From the NCBI GenBank assembly GCA_963823195.1, contig CAWGKR010000005.1:418042-482041 (forward strand): a DNA stretch of 64,000 nt, written 5' to 3'. This document shows positions 1 to 9,917 of the stretch, piece by piece. Each line of letters begins with the position of its first letter. Within the stretch, counting starts at the first letter, position 1. The notes beneath the pieces are model-generated. The model had not been told where the DNA came from, searched no databases, and saw only the letters and a list, made by a program, of their open reading frames with translations. A program made the translations under genes and the position numbers. The stretch comes from an uncultured Acidobacteriota bacterium (lineage in GTDB: Bacteria; Acidobacteriota; Vicinamibacteria; Fen-336).

Positions 1-380
1 GGGCGGAGAGCCGGGGTGGGGTCCTCACCCTCCAGACCCCGACCGCCGCGGGACAGGAGGTCGTCGCGTATTGCGCGGTCCAGGTCGTGGCCGACGAGCT
101 GAGCATCCACACCCTGGCGGTCGCTCCCTCCTGGCGGCGGCGGGGAATCGGCCGTTGGTTCCTGGAGCGTGCGCTCCACGCGGGGGCCAGGCTCGGGGCC
201 GCGACCGCCTTCCTGGAGGTTCGCCAGAGCAACTGGGGCGCCCTCGGCCTCTACCGGTCGCTGGGATTCGAGGTGATCTCCGCGCGCAAGGGCTACTACG
301 AAGGGCCTCCCGAGGACGCGTTCGTGCTGCGCCGATCGGTGCTCGAGACGGACGACGGACGGGCCTCACGAGAACCTTGA
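1..380 (+). CDS. rimI: GNAT family N-acetyltransferase, RimI-like (5' end outside window)
   Basis: Frame 3 is open from the window edge. The product HTLAVAPSWRRRGIGRWFLERAL...GALGLYRSLGFEV contains the GNAT acetyl-CoA-binding core (RRxGIG) typical of RimI. Confidence 0.7.
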   Translation, partial: AESRGGVLTLQTPTAAGQEVVAYCAVQVVADELSIHTLAVAPSWRRRGIGRWFLERALHAGARLGAATAFLEVRQSNWGALGLYRSLGFEVISARKGYYEGPPEDAFVLRRSVLETDDGRASREP

Positions 381-504
381 AATCGTCCTGGGTGCGTGCT
401 AACGTCGCGTCCAGTCGGGGACTCTCAGCGGGTCCCGGCCTTCCCGTGCTTGCACCAACAGTGATTGCCTTCGACGCTTTGCCCCGTCCGAACAGGGAGG
501 TGCC

Positions 505-741
505 ATGCCCCAGACCACGGACGCAGTGAGGGAGAGCCTTCTCTCCCAAAACGACGAGTACCGCCGTCTCGACGAGCAGCATCACGAGTTCGAGAGCCGA
601 TTGGTCGTGTTGACCGACAAGGCCGTGCTGAGCGACGACGAACAGGTCGAGGAAGTCACGCTCAAGAAGAGGAAGCTTCAGGTGAAGGACCGGATGGAGG
701 CGATCGCTCGCCAGTTCCGGGAGGGGGACGCTCACCCCTGA
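505..741 (+). CDS. DUF465/YdcH-family small coiled-coil protein
   Basis: 78-aa ORF with LLSQNDEYRRLDEQHHEFESRL...LKKRKLQVKDRM, the pattern of the DUF465 family. A GGGAGG Shine-Dalgarno lies upstream. Confidence 0.7.
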   Translation: MPQTTDAVRESLLSQNDEYRRLDEQHHEFESRLVVLTDKAVLSDDEQVEEVTLKKRKLQVKDRMEAIARQFREGDAHP

Positions 742-852
742 CGGTGGTAGTCCCGCGGAGGGCTCCCTCGGGGAGCCCTCCGCCATTCGTCGACCTGCCC
801 TAGCCCCTTGCCAGGCACTGCGACCTGGCCTCCGAGGAATCGAGACGGTGTC

Positions 853-1476
853 ATGGGTATCGCCCGAGAAGGATGGCCGTACATCCTCACCCTCCTGGGG
901 GCGGGGCTCGTCCTGGCCTCCCTGCGCTACTACGGTTTCGCCGGCGCCCTCGTGGGTCTCGGCCTCTTCTGCGCGTTCTTCTTTCGCGACCCCGAGCGAG
1001 CGATACCCGACGGCCCGAACCTCGTGATCTCGCCCGCCGACGGGAAGGTCGTGGGGATCCTGCAGCCGGCCGACGGCCCGCTCGGGCCGGGATCCACCCA
1101 GATCTCCATCTTCCTTTCGATCTTCGACGTCCACGTGAACCGGACCCCGATCTCGGGGCGCATCGAGCGGGTGGAGTACAACAAGGGCGAGTTCCTGCCG
1201 GCCTTCGACGACAAGGCGTCCTTGCGCAACGAACAGAACAGCGTCGTGGTGCGCGATGGGGACCGCCGGGTCGCCTTCAAGCAGATCGCGGGCCTCATCG
1301 CCCGGCGGATCGTCTTCCGGAAGCGGGTGGACGACGCCGTGACGCGGGGAGAGCGCGTCGGCCTGATCAAGTTCGGGAGCCGCGTCGACGTCTTCTTCCC
1401 CCCGGGGAGCACCCTGCGGGTGAAGAAGGGCGACCGCGTCCAGGGCGGCGCGTCGGTCCTCGGGGTGCTGCCGTGA
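853..1476 (+). CDS. psd: Phosphatidylserine decarboxylase (small type)
   Basis: ORF 808..1476 trimmed to ATG 853. Conserved blocks ISPADGKV, FLSIFDVHVNR and IKFGSRVDV (G-S self-cleavage site). Confidence 0.85.
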   Translation: MGIAREGWPYILTLLGAGLVLASLRYYGFAGALVGLGLFCAFFFRDPERAIPDGPNLVISPADGKVVGILQPADGPLGPGSTQISIFLSIFDVHVNRTPISGRIERVEYNKGEFLPAFDDKASLRNEQNSVVVRDGDRRVAFKQIAGLIARRIVFRKRVDDAVTRGERVGLIKFGSRVDVFFPPGSTLRVKKGDRVQGGASVLGVLP

Positions 1477-2234
1477 AGGAGCACCCGCGGGGCCTGCGGC
1501 GTGGCGCCTCGCTCCTGCCGAGCCTCTTCACGACGGGGAACCTGTTCCTGGGGTTCTGGGCCATCATCCGGAGCCTCGACGGGCATTTCGGCGAGGCCGC
1601 GCCCCTGATCGGCTGGGCCATCGTCCTCGACATGCTCGACGGCCGCATCGCGCGCCTCACCGGAACCACGAGCGAGTTCGGCGGCGAGCTCGACAGCCTC
1701 TGCGACGCCATCTCCTTCGGGGTGGCGCCGGCGCTCCTGGTCTATCTCTGGGCCTTCGAGTCGATTCCCCGGTGGGGCTGGATCGCCGCGTTCGTCTTCC
1801 TGATGTGCGGCGTCTTCCGGCTCGCCCGCTTCAACGTGCAGCGACACTCGGTGGACGGGCGCTATTTCGTCGGCCTGCCCATCCCGATGGCCGCCGCCCA
1901 GATCGCCGCCCTCGTTCACTTCGACCCGGAGCCGATCACGATGAAGGCCCAGGCCCTCCTCTGGTGGCGGCTGGTCGTGGCCCTGGCGCTCCTGATGGTG
2001 AGCACGCTGCGATACCACTCGTTCAAGGGGTTCGATCTCCGGAAGCGACGGAGCCACGTCACCCTCCTCTGGATCATCCTCCTGCTCCTGCCCATCGCGC
2101 TCTTTCCCGAGTACGCCCTCCTGGTCCTGGCGACGAGCTACGCGCTCTCCGGTCCCACGCTCCACCTCCTGGGGATGTTCCGGCGGCGTGGACAGCCTCC
2201 GCCCGCGGTGGCCGTCGCGGGCGCGACACAGTGA
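1473..2234 (+). CDS. pssA: CDP-diacylglycerol--serine O-phosphatidyltransferase
   Basis: GTG 1473 overlaps the psd stop (GTGA). CDP-alcohol transferase motif DMLDGRIAR-x8-G-x3-D-x3-D, and a multi-TM profile. Confidence 0.85.
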   Translation: MKEHPRGLRRGASLLPSLFTTGNLFLGFWAIIRSLDGHFGEAAPLIGWAIVLDMLDGRIARLTGTTSEFGGELDSLCDAISFGVAPALLVYLWAFESIPRWGWIAAFVFLMCGVFRLARFNVQRHSVDGRYFVGLPIPMAAAQIAALVHFDPEPITMKAQALLWWRLVVALALLMVSTLRYHSFKGFDLRKRRSHVTLLWIILLLLPIALFPEYALLVLATSYALSGPTLHLLGMFRRRGQPPPAVAVAGATQ

Positions 2235-2686
2235 CCCAGCCGCCCGAAGGCCCCCGGAGCCCCTCGGTGGGCGTCGGGGGCGTCGTGGTCCACGAGGGAC
2301 GGGTTCTCCTCATCAAGCGCGGAAAGGAGCCTCTCCGGGGACGCTGGGTCGTTCCGGGCGGGACCCTCGAGCTGGGGGAGTCCCTCGAGGAGGCGCTCGT
2401 CCGCGAGATGGAGGAGGAGACCGGCGTTCGGGTGAGACCCCTCGAGCTCCTGACGGTCTTCGACAGGATCGACAAGGACGGGGACGCCGTTCGCTACCAC
2501 TACGTGATCGTCGACTACCTTTGCGAGTACCAGGGAGGCGAGGCACGCGCCGCCTCGGACGCCCAGGACGTCGCCTGGGCGTCGCCCGGGGAGCTCGAGG
2601 CCTTCGATCTGCCGGAAAAGGCTCGTGAGGTGGTCGAGGAGGGTTTCCGGCGCTCCCTGCGCTCGGAGGCCTTGCGGGCCGGGTAG
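2231..2686 (+). CDS. NUDIX hydrolase
   Basis: GTG 2231 overlaps the pssA stop. Nudix box GGTLELGESLEEALVREMEEETG. Confidence 0.85.
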   Translation: MTQPPEGPRSPSVGVGGVVVHEGRVLLIKRGKEPLRGRWVVPGGTLELGESLEEALVREMEEETGVRVRPLELLTVFDRIDKDGDAVRYHYVIVDYLCEYQGGEARAASDAQDVAWASPGELEAFDLPEKAREVVEEGFRRSLRSEALRAG

Positions 2687-2754
2687 GCGGGGCCTATACT
2701 CCTCAAGTAGAACATTCACCCCAGCGGGTGAAGCGGTCAGCGTCAGGGGGAAAA

Positions 2755-3018
2755 ATGAGACTCTTGGTTGCGTCGGCAGTTCTGGCACTCGGGGTGCTCG
2801 GGTCCGGGTCCGCCGACGCGGGCTGGTTCCACGGCTCCAACTCACTTCCTCGGCCGATCGACTCGCCGATCGTGAGGCCCCAGGTGAAGGAGATCCACAA
2901 GGTGGGCCAGGGTCTCGTGCCTCGCCTGAAGCAGGACAAACATCCCGGCTGGGGAACACAGTGGAATCAGATCTTCCGCCTCCCCGAATCGCGGCCGGTC
3001 GGGCACTACAACCGCTGA
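2755..3018 (+). CDS. Small secreted hypothetical protein
   Basis: ATG 2755 follows an AGGGGG Shine-Dalgarno. Signal-peptide-like N-terminus MRLLVASAVLALGVLGSGSADA. No recognisable family. The 3' end overlaps the convergent kinase gene by 13 nt. Confidence 0.4.
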   Translation: MRLLVASAVLALGVLGSGSADAGWFHGSNSLPRPIDSPIVRPQVKEIHKVGQGLVPRLKQDKHPGWGTQWNQIFRLPESRPVGHYNR

Positions 3019-6000
3019 ACGTCGTCTTTCGGGCTCGCCCCGCGATCCGCTGCGGCCGGAAGCCACAGCGTCGCGACGGTATGGCCGGGTTCTCCGTCCA
3101 GGGACGCGCCGCCTCCGTGCTCTTCGGCGATCTTCCGAACGAGGGTCAGCCCTAGGCCGCTGCCGCCGGTCTTCGTCGAGAAGAAGGGCTCGAACACTCG
3201 AGCTCGCGCCTCGGCGTCGAGACCGGGCCCGGTATCGGTGACCTCGATCTCGACCGTCGAGCTCTCGGCGCGAGGCCTCACCCGGATCGTGATGGCGCCG
3301 CGATCGCCGACTGCCTGTAGGGCGTTCTCCAGCAGGTTCACGATGGCGCGCTCGAGGAGCCTGCGGTCTCCCCGCACCGGCGGGAGGTCCGCGGCCTCCA
3401 GGTCCGTCGTGAGCGAGACACCCGGCGGAAGGACCCGGACATAGGGGTCCACGACCTCCGCCGCGAGATCGGCGACCTGGATGACCTCGGCCGCGCCGAC
3501 GGCGGGGCGGGCGAAGGCCGAGAACTCGGTGACGATCATGCGGAGCTTCCGCACCTGGGCCAGGATCGTCTCGGTGCACGACGCGAGGGTCGCGCCGAAG
3601 TCGACGCCCGGCGTCGGAGTAGACGCGCCGCAGGTGCTCGGCGGAGAGCTGGATGGGGGTCAGGGGGTTCTTGACCTCGTGGGCGACCTGCCGGGCCATC
3701 TCCGCCCACGCCGCGAGGCGATTGGAGCGCTCGAGGTCGGCACGCTGGCGCTCCAGGTCTCCCGCCATCCGGTTGAAGGACTCCACGAGGCGCAGGAACT
3801 CGTCCTGGCTCGTCGTGGACACTCGCGCCTCGAGCTCGCCGCGGGCGATCCTCTGGGCGGCTTCGGTCAGGTCCCGGACCGGCCCCGAGATCCGACGGGC
3901 CATCGACTGGGCCAGGGCCGCCGCGGCGCACACGAACAGTATCGACGTGAGGCGTATCGCGTGATCCAGGTCGGCGAGAACGGCCTCGACCTCGCGCTGC
4001 TTGAGGGCCAGGGGTATCGACAGAATGCCCGTTTCCCCCGCGTCCAGCCGCACCGGAACGGAGACGACCATGTACGAGAAATCGCCGATCCTCTCCCGGC
4101 CGACGCCGGAGGTCTGCCCCTCGAGGGCGATGGTCCTGAAGACGGGACCGGAGACCCGAGGAGGCAGGAGTCCCGACGCGTACAGCTCGCGCTTGCTCGA
4201 GGCCAGGAGGCGGCCCCTCTCGAAGACGTCGAGGTCGTTGCGGATTGCGCTGGCGACCCAGACGAGGGCCGAGTCGGTGACCGGTTGGTGGCCCGGCGGC
4301 CTCGCCCCGCTGGAAGAGCGCAAAGTCCTCGACGACCTTCCGGGCGATGGCGGCTCGCTCGAGGGCGTGGTTCTCGGCGTCACGCCGAAGGCGGTCCGCG
4401 ACGACGCTGCGCACCACGAGCTCCAGGACGACCACCGGGACCACCGCGACCGCGATGAAGGTCACGAAGAGGCGCAGCGCGAAGCGCTCGCGGATGGCCC
4501 GCGCCATCGAGGACCAGGACAGGGTCTTGCGGGCCATCACGGTCCTGAGCAGCACGACCAGGAAGAGCCCGGCCGCCGCCGAGAGGACCATTCCCGTGAC
4601 TGCCTCGACGAGCTGGGCCGCGAAGCGCCCGGGGCCCACGCGGGCGTAGCCGAGGCCGTAGACGCCCGCCCGGTCCGAGAACACGAACGTGTGCTGCGCG
4701 CCGTCGGGCTCCAGGAGGGTCGTCCAGAAGGGGCCCGTGGCGCTTCGCTCGAACAGAGCGGCATCGAAGGTGGGGGCGTGCTCGGCCGACGTGAACACCA
4801 GGTCGCGGTTGCGGCCGAAGGCCACGAGCTCCACGGGACGGTCGCGGCTTCGGGCTCGCGCGCCTGTGCGGTAGAGGATGGAATAGGGATCGCGCGCGCT
4901 CAGGAACGGAAGGTTCCAGAAGTCCATGCCCACGTAGACGTGGACCGCCCCGTGGGTGCGGCCGTGGTACACGAGGAGCCGCCGCGCGTGAAGGACCCGT
5001 CGCTCGGCGCTCGCGAGGGAGAGACGCTCGGCGCCGGCCTGCCATGCTTCGCCCGCGGGGAGAGGCTTGTCGGGGCCGGGAATCACGGGGAGGTTCAGGG
5101 CGAAGCGGCTGATGACGGTCCCCGACGGATCCTGGACCTCGACGGCCGAGGAGAAGCCATAGGCGGCGAGATCGGTTCCCGACCAGGTGGCGAACGCCAG
5201 CTCGTCCACAAGGGGGGGTGGCCCCGGCCCCGGGGGGACGTCCTCGAGGAGGTCCAGACCGTCGATCTGGCGCTGGGTCCTGGCCAGGACGCGCTCGCGC
5301 CACTCCGGCTGCCGCAGGACCGCCGAGGCGTACTCGTGCTCGATCTGGTTTCGAACGGACTTCTCGGCAAAGTGCATCAGCGTGGGATGAAGAAGCAGGC
5401 TCAGCACGCCCACCGCGCCCAGGACGAAACCGGCGCGTCCTCCCGCCGCGGGCCAGGGCCACCGCGGTCGGGCGTCCTCCCGGCTCGCGCCCAGCAGTCC
5501 CGTCAAGACGTAGAGGGCGACGGCCGGGACGAAGGGGAGGCCGACGATGTCCCGCGGCCAGAGACGAGCCGCCAGGGCGCCGATGAGGGCCCATTGGAGA
5601 AGGCGGGCGAGCCAGCCTCGTCGGCCGCGGCCGATGGCGCCGCCCCAATGGAAGACCATCGCCATGAGCAGGGCCCCGCTCGCAAGGACGAGCAGCACCG
5701 ACCATTGCATCACGAGATGGCCCGGGGTCTTCGGAAGTGGGGAGATGCTCTCGATGTCGAGGGAGCAGTTGCGGGTGGTGTCGCCGATGCAGAGGAAGAC
5801 GAGGCCGAGAATCGGCAGCACCAGGACGTCCGCGGCGAGGGCCTTCGCCCAGGACGAGGGCCTCGGAGCCGACGCCATCACGCGGGAAGCGGCCAGGGCG
5901 ACCACCGCGAATGCGGCGAGGGCCGTGGCCAGGAGGGCGATGGGGGAATCCAGGAGAAGGCCGAGGGGACTCCAGGGTCCCGAAGGCAACGAGGCGTAGA

Positions 6001-6898
6001 CATCCGCGGAGAGCCAGGGACCGTAAGCCGAGGGGGCCGCGGGCACGAGAAGGAGCACGCCGCGGAGGAGGATCACGAGGCCGGCGATCCCCAGGTACTC
6101 CTTTCGGGAAGCCAGCCGCGCCATCCACGCGAAGAGGATGACCACCAGGGCCCCCGCGAGGGCCAGGCGTCGGGCCTCGCCCCAACGAACAGCGCCCTGC
6201 TCGGAGGGAGTGGCGGTAGCCCGGGCCGCGGCGATGGGTTTGCCGGCGGCGGAGCGCAGAAGCACCTCGTCGGGTTCGAGGGACGTCACGACGGCGGGAT
6301 CGTCGGCGTCCCGGAAGTCGATGTACCGGAGCTCCACGGGATCGCCCGCCGCCACGAGATCGAAGTCGCGCAGGAACTCGTTCTGGATCCTGCGGCGCAC
6401 CGACACGGTGCGCTCCGCCGTGGCGAATCCCAGGAATCGGCCCGAAGCCTCGGTCACCGAGGCATAGGCGACGAACGTGGTCGACAGGCTTCCGGCGTTG
6501 ACCACCAGGCCCTCGCCCCCCGGGGCACCCGGCACGGCCCCGAGGTCGCCGATGCGTCCGGACCACGCGAGGGTCGTGAGGGCGCCGGGGCGGAGGGCCA
6601 GGGCCGGGCGGCTGGCGTCGCAGGAGCGCGCCGCGTCCAGCGCGAGGAAGAGCCTGGGGAGCGCGCCCCGATCGCCCCTGAGGGCGGCCCTCCCCTCCGG
6701 AAGAGCGGCCACCCGCGCCGCGCAGGCCCGGAGCCCGTCGGCGATCGCGCGGGCTCGAGCCTCGGCGGCCACGACCGACACGGGCGGAGACGCGGCGCCG
6801 GTCGGTTGCTGGGCTGAAAGGACCCCGCCGCCGATCGCCACCCATGCCGTGGCAAGAGCCAGACCCGGCTTCATCGCGAGGAGGGCCCGCACCGCCAC
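3006..6898 (-). CDS. Large membrane sensor histidine kinase (N-terminal multi-TM sensor, HAMP, HisKA, HATPase_c); frame breaks near 4300 and 3605
   Basis: Three minus-strand ORFs (3536..6898, 2842..4383, 3006..3554) join into one protein. Features: signal/TM-rich N-terminus, a HAMP-like region (RISGPVRDLTEAAQRIARGEL), H-box VAHEVKNPLTPI, and ATPase blocks NLLENALQA, DTGPGL, GGSGLGL. Confidence 0.8.
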
Positions 6899-6953
6899 AG
6901 GAGCATCCGCCTCCGATGGTAGTGCCCGCCTCCCGGACGGGTCAATCGGCAGG

Positions 6954-7952
6954 CTAGAGGCGGTAGAGCATCCAGTAGACGACGACGCCGGTCACGGAGA
7001 CGTAGGTCCAGAGGGGGAAGGTGACCCGCGCGCTCCGACGGTGGGCGTCGAATCGGCCACGTGCCGCGCGGGTCACGGTTACGGCCACCAGCGGGACGAT
7101 GACGATCGCCAGGATCGTGTGGGTCGCGAGGATCGCCAGATAGGCCCACCGCAAGCCCCCGAGGCCCGGGAAGCGGATCGAGCCGACGTGGGCGTGGTAG
7201 ACGAGGTACGACGTCAGGAAGGCGGCCGAACAGAGAAGGGCGGCGATCATGCAGGTCCGGTGCTCGACGCGCCTCCCTGAACGGATGAACACGAAGCCGG
7301 AAACGAGGAGGATCGCACTGGCAGCGTTCAGGGAAGCGTTGATCCGGGGCAGCCGGCCGAATCGTCCGACGAGGGCCGCGTCCCGCAGGAGGCGGCGTCT
7401 GGCCACCGGGTCCTCGCTGTCGTAGTAGCCGCGGATCTGCGCCGAGGCGTCGACGAGGACGAACTTCGAGCTATGGAGGAACGGCCCCCCGTCGCCAGGC
7501 CGGCGCTCGTCCGGGGGGACCTCCATGGCCGTGAGCTTGAAGCCGCGGGTTGCCAGATCGTAGAGATCCTGGCCCGGTCCCGTCACGAACCGCCAGCCGG
7601 GGCCGGCGCGATGATCCCTCGCGTACCGCGCCAGGACGCTCGGCGTGTCGAAGGTCGGATCGACCGTGAATGAGACGAAGGCGACGCCCGCTGGGGCGTC
7701 GGCCTGCAGGCGCGCGAGCTGCTCGGTCATCGCGGGGCAGGCTTCGGCGCACCGCGTGAATATGAAATCGACGATGGCGGGGTTGCGGGTGAGCGCGTCG
7801 CGGGTGAAGCGGGAGCCGTCCTCCGACGTCAGCGAGAACTCCGGGACCCCACCGAGCCGCGCCGGTCCGGTCGCCAGGAGGGCGAACGCCCCGAGGCCAC
7901 CCAGGGCCGCCAGCAGCACCGGCGCCACCCCCGGCAGGCGACGGCCGTTCAT
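6954..7952 (-). CDS. SCO1/SenC copper chaperone fused to a DUF420 membrane domain
   Basis: ORF 6954..8030 trimmed to ATG 7952. The N-terminal half has the thioredoxin-fold CxxxC (FTRCAEACP) and a downstream His (PFLHSS). The C-terminal half has 4 TM helices typical of DUF420 (INASLNAASAILLVSGFVF...HTILAIVIVP). Confidence 0.75.
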   Translation of the reverse strand: MNGRRLPGVAPVLLAALGGLGAFALLATGPARLGGVPEFSLTSEDGSRFTRDALTRNPAIVDFIFTRCAEACPAMTEQLARLQADAPAGVAFVSFTVDPTFDTPSVLARYARDHRAGPGWRFVTGPGQDLYDLATRGFKLTAMEVPPDERRPGDGGPFLHSSKFVLVDASAQIRGYYDSEDPVARRRLLRDAALVGRFGRLPRINASLNAASAILLVSGFVFIRSGRRVEHRTCMIAALLCSAAFLTSYLVYHAHVGSIRFPGLGGLRWAYLAILATHTILAIVIVPLVAVTVTRAARGRFDAHRRSARVTFPLWTYVSVTGVVVYWMLYRL

Positions 7953-7968
7953 CGGCGAGGGAACGGCG

Positions 7969-8226
7969 TCAGCGGAAGAGGCGGGGGGCAACCCGGCCGA
8001 GGTGCTGCCGGATGTGGGAGCGGAACGCAAAGGCCGTGAACGCGCCGAAAACGACGTAGGGGGCGAAGAGCATCACGAGGATGCCCAGGTTGAAGTCGCG
8101 CGCGATCCGCTGCCCCTCCGGGGACGACGTGAGGAACGTCTTGCACATGGCGCACTGGGCCGCGGCAGGGCCCGCGCCCCAGGCGACGATCAGGCCGACG
8201 AGGACCGCGAGAGCGAATCGCCTCAT
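7969..8226 (-). CDS. Small membrane-anchored protein with CAMCK motif (oxidase-cluster microprotein)
   Basis: 85 aa with a signal peptide ending AAAQ, immediately followed by CAMCK, plus a C-terminal TM helix. The start overlaps the subunit IV stop (ATGA at 8223-8226), indicating co-translation. Confidence 0.5.
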   Translation of the reverse strand: MRRFALAVLVGLIVAWGAGPAAAQCAMCKTFLTSSPEGQRIARDFNLGILVMLFAPYVVFGAFTAFAFRSHIRQHLGRVAPRLFR

Positions 8227-8567
8227 TCGTGGCCGTGAGCCCCAGTGGGCGCCGGAAGGGGGGGAGCCGTGGTGCGAGCCTTCACGTTCCGCGTCTCGGG
8301 CGTGATGAAGGCGAGGAGGACGAGGGAGGTCAGGACGATCCCGCCCGCGACCATGATGCTCATGCGCCGGTGCTCATGGCGCAGGTGCATGAAGTTCCCT
8401 CCGATCATGGCGGCCTTCACCGCCATGAAGGCGAGGAGGAAGAGGACCAGGAACCATCGCGGCAGGTGGAATCGCTCGGCGGCCAGCATGGCGACGGTGA
8501 TGACCAGGAGGATGACCCACGTCACCCGGTAGATGCTGTAGGGATTGTTCCCGCTCTCAGTGCTCAT
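8223..8567 (-). CDS. Cytochrome c oxidase subunit IV (prokaryotic small subunit)
   Basis: 114 aa with 3 TM helices. The motif GGNFMHLRHEHR is characteristic of bacterial CoxIV/CtaF-like subunits. It sits directly downstream of subunit III. Confidence 0.7.
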   Translation of the reverse strand: MSTESGNNPYSIYRVTWVILLVITVAMLAAERFHLPRWFLVLFLLAFMAVKAAMIGGNFMHLRHEHRRMSIMVAGGIVLTSLVLLAFITPETRNVKARTTAPPLPAPTGAHGHE

Positions 8568-8585
8568 CGCGTGGCTCTCCCGGAT

Positions 8586-9208
8586 CTAGTTCGGCAGCAG
8601 GTAGAAGAGGGTGAAGATGAACACCCACACGAGGTCGACGAAGTGCCAGTAGAGGCCCGCCATCTCCACGCCCTGGGCCGGCGTCTTGCCCATTGCGGTG
8701 CGGATGGCCGTGATGATCAGGATGACCAGGCCCGAGAAGACGTGGGACCCGTGGAAGCCCGTCAGCACGAAGAACGAAGCGCCGAACTGCGGCGCGCCCC
8801 AGGGGTTGCTCGTGAGACGGGCGCCCTCGTGGATCAGATGGCTCCACTCGTAGGCCTGGCAGCCCGAGGAAGGAGAGGCCGCCGACGATGGTCAGGATCA
8901 GGTTGTTCAGGGTCTTCTTCGCGTCGCCCAGCCGCGACGGCCGTCACCGCCGTGCCCATCCACATGCTGGAGGTGATGAGGATGAACGTCATCAGGGCGA
9001 TGAAGGGGATGCTGAAGACGTCGTGGGTCGCCGGCCAGGTCGACTGGCCGGACATCCGGAGAAAGCCGTAGCCGCAGAGGAGGCCCGAGAAGAGCAGGGC
9101 GTCGGTGATGATGAAGATCCACATCATCGTCTTCTGCCAGGTGGCGCCGAAGGGGGAAACCCCTCCTCCCCAGTCGGCGGCCACGGCGGCGTGGGTGGCG
9201 TCGTTCAT
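8586..9208 (-). CDS. ctaE: Cytochrome c oxidase subunit III; two frame breaks (~8925, ~8865)
   Basis: N-terminus MNDATHAAV...WQKTMMWIFIITDALLFSG and C-terminus FFVLTGFHGSHVFSGLVILI...LYWHFVDLVWVFIF. The middle section (DAKKTLNNLILTIVGG.../CQAYEWSHLIHEG) is recovered by removing one G from two GGG runs. Confidence 0.8.
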
Positions 9209-9219
9209 CGAGTCCTCCG

Positions 9220-9917
9220 TCACATCACGAAGAGAAGGTAGAGGAGATAGAGCCAGAGAGCGCTCAGGAAGTGCCAGTAGAGGGCGAAGAGCCCCAGGGC
9301 GTCGGTGCCCGGAGCATAGGCCATGCGGCGCATGCGGAAGGCCACGGTGGCGAACCAGACGAGCCCCCCGAGGAGGTGGAGGGCGTGCACGCCCGGTCAG
9401 CATGTAGAAGAAGGAGCTGTGGGGGTTCGACGCGAGGAAGACACCCTGGGCGGCCAGGGCGCTGCCACGCTCCGAGCTGGCCGAGCACGAAGAGGAGACC
9501 CAGGCCTCCGGTCGCGGCGACGAAGCCCTGGGCACCCGCGGAGGTCCCAGCCCCGAAGACGTCGGCGTGCCGCCTCGAGGGTCAGCGCTGCTGGCGAGGA
9601 GGACGACCGTGTTGACCCAGAGCAACGGCGGGGCGCGCGAGGGGACGCCAGTCGGCCGACGCTCGCCGCACGATGTAGGCGCTCGTGAAGCCGATGAAGA
9701 GCATGGAAACCGTGCCCATGAACGCGAGGAGCCCGAAGCGTCTCGTGTCGCCGAAGAGGCCCTGCCCTCCTCCGCCGTCCTCCGGGAGCGATGGCGGAGG
9801 CGTGGGCGGGGGAGCGTCTCCCGCGCTGCGGGACGGCGTTCGCTCGAGGACTCCTGCCGGCATCGCCCCGCCGCTCAGTGGGAGCGCGTCGCCGAGGGGC
9901 GACGGATCGTGCTGCAT
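9220..9917 (-). CDS. Second heme-copper oxidase subunit III family protein; frame breaks (~9600, ~9385)
   Basis: Blocks FGLLAFMGTVSMLFIGFTSAYIVRR, WVNTVVLLASS, HSSFFYMLTG|VHALHLLGGLVWF and LYWHFLSALWLYLLYLLFVM*. ATG 9917 sits in a TGATG junction with the likely ctaD stop. Confidence 0.7.

Noticed and set aside
25-1134. Long antisense or alternative-frame ORFs throughout the window (e.g. 25..1134 -, 930..2165 -, 18511..20448 -, 23466..25985 -, 57497..59215 -, 40640..42310 +)
   Set aside because: Their products are Arg/Pro/Gly/Ala-rich and low in complexity, with no motifs. They lie opposite well-supported genes. These are the usual stop-codon-poor shadow ORFs of a ~70% GC genome.
2783-2798. 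Sigma-54-like element TGGCAC-N5-GTGCT
   Set aside because: It lies inside the signal-peptide coding region of the small ORF 2755..3018. The -12 element is GTGC rather than TTGC, and no gene start lies downstream at a suitable distance.
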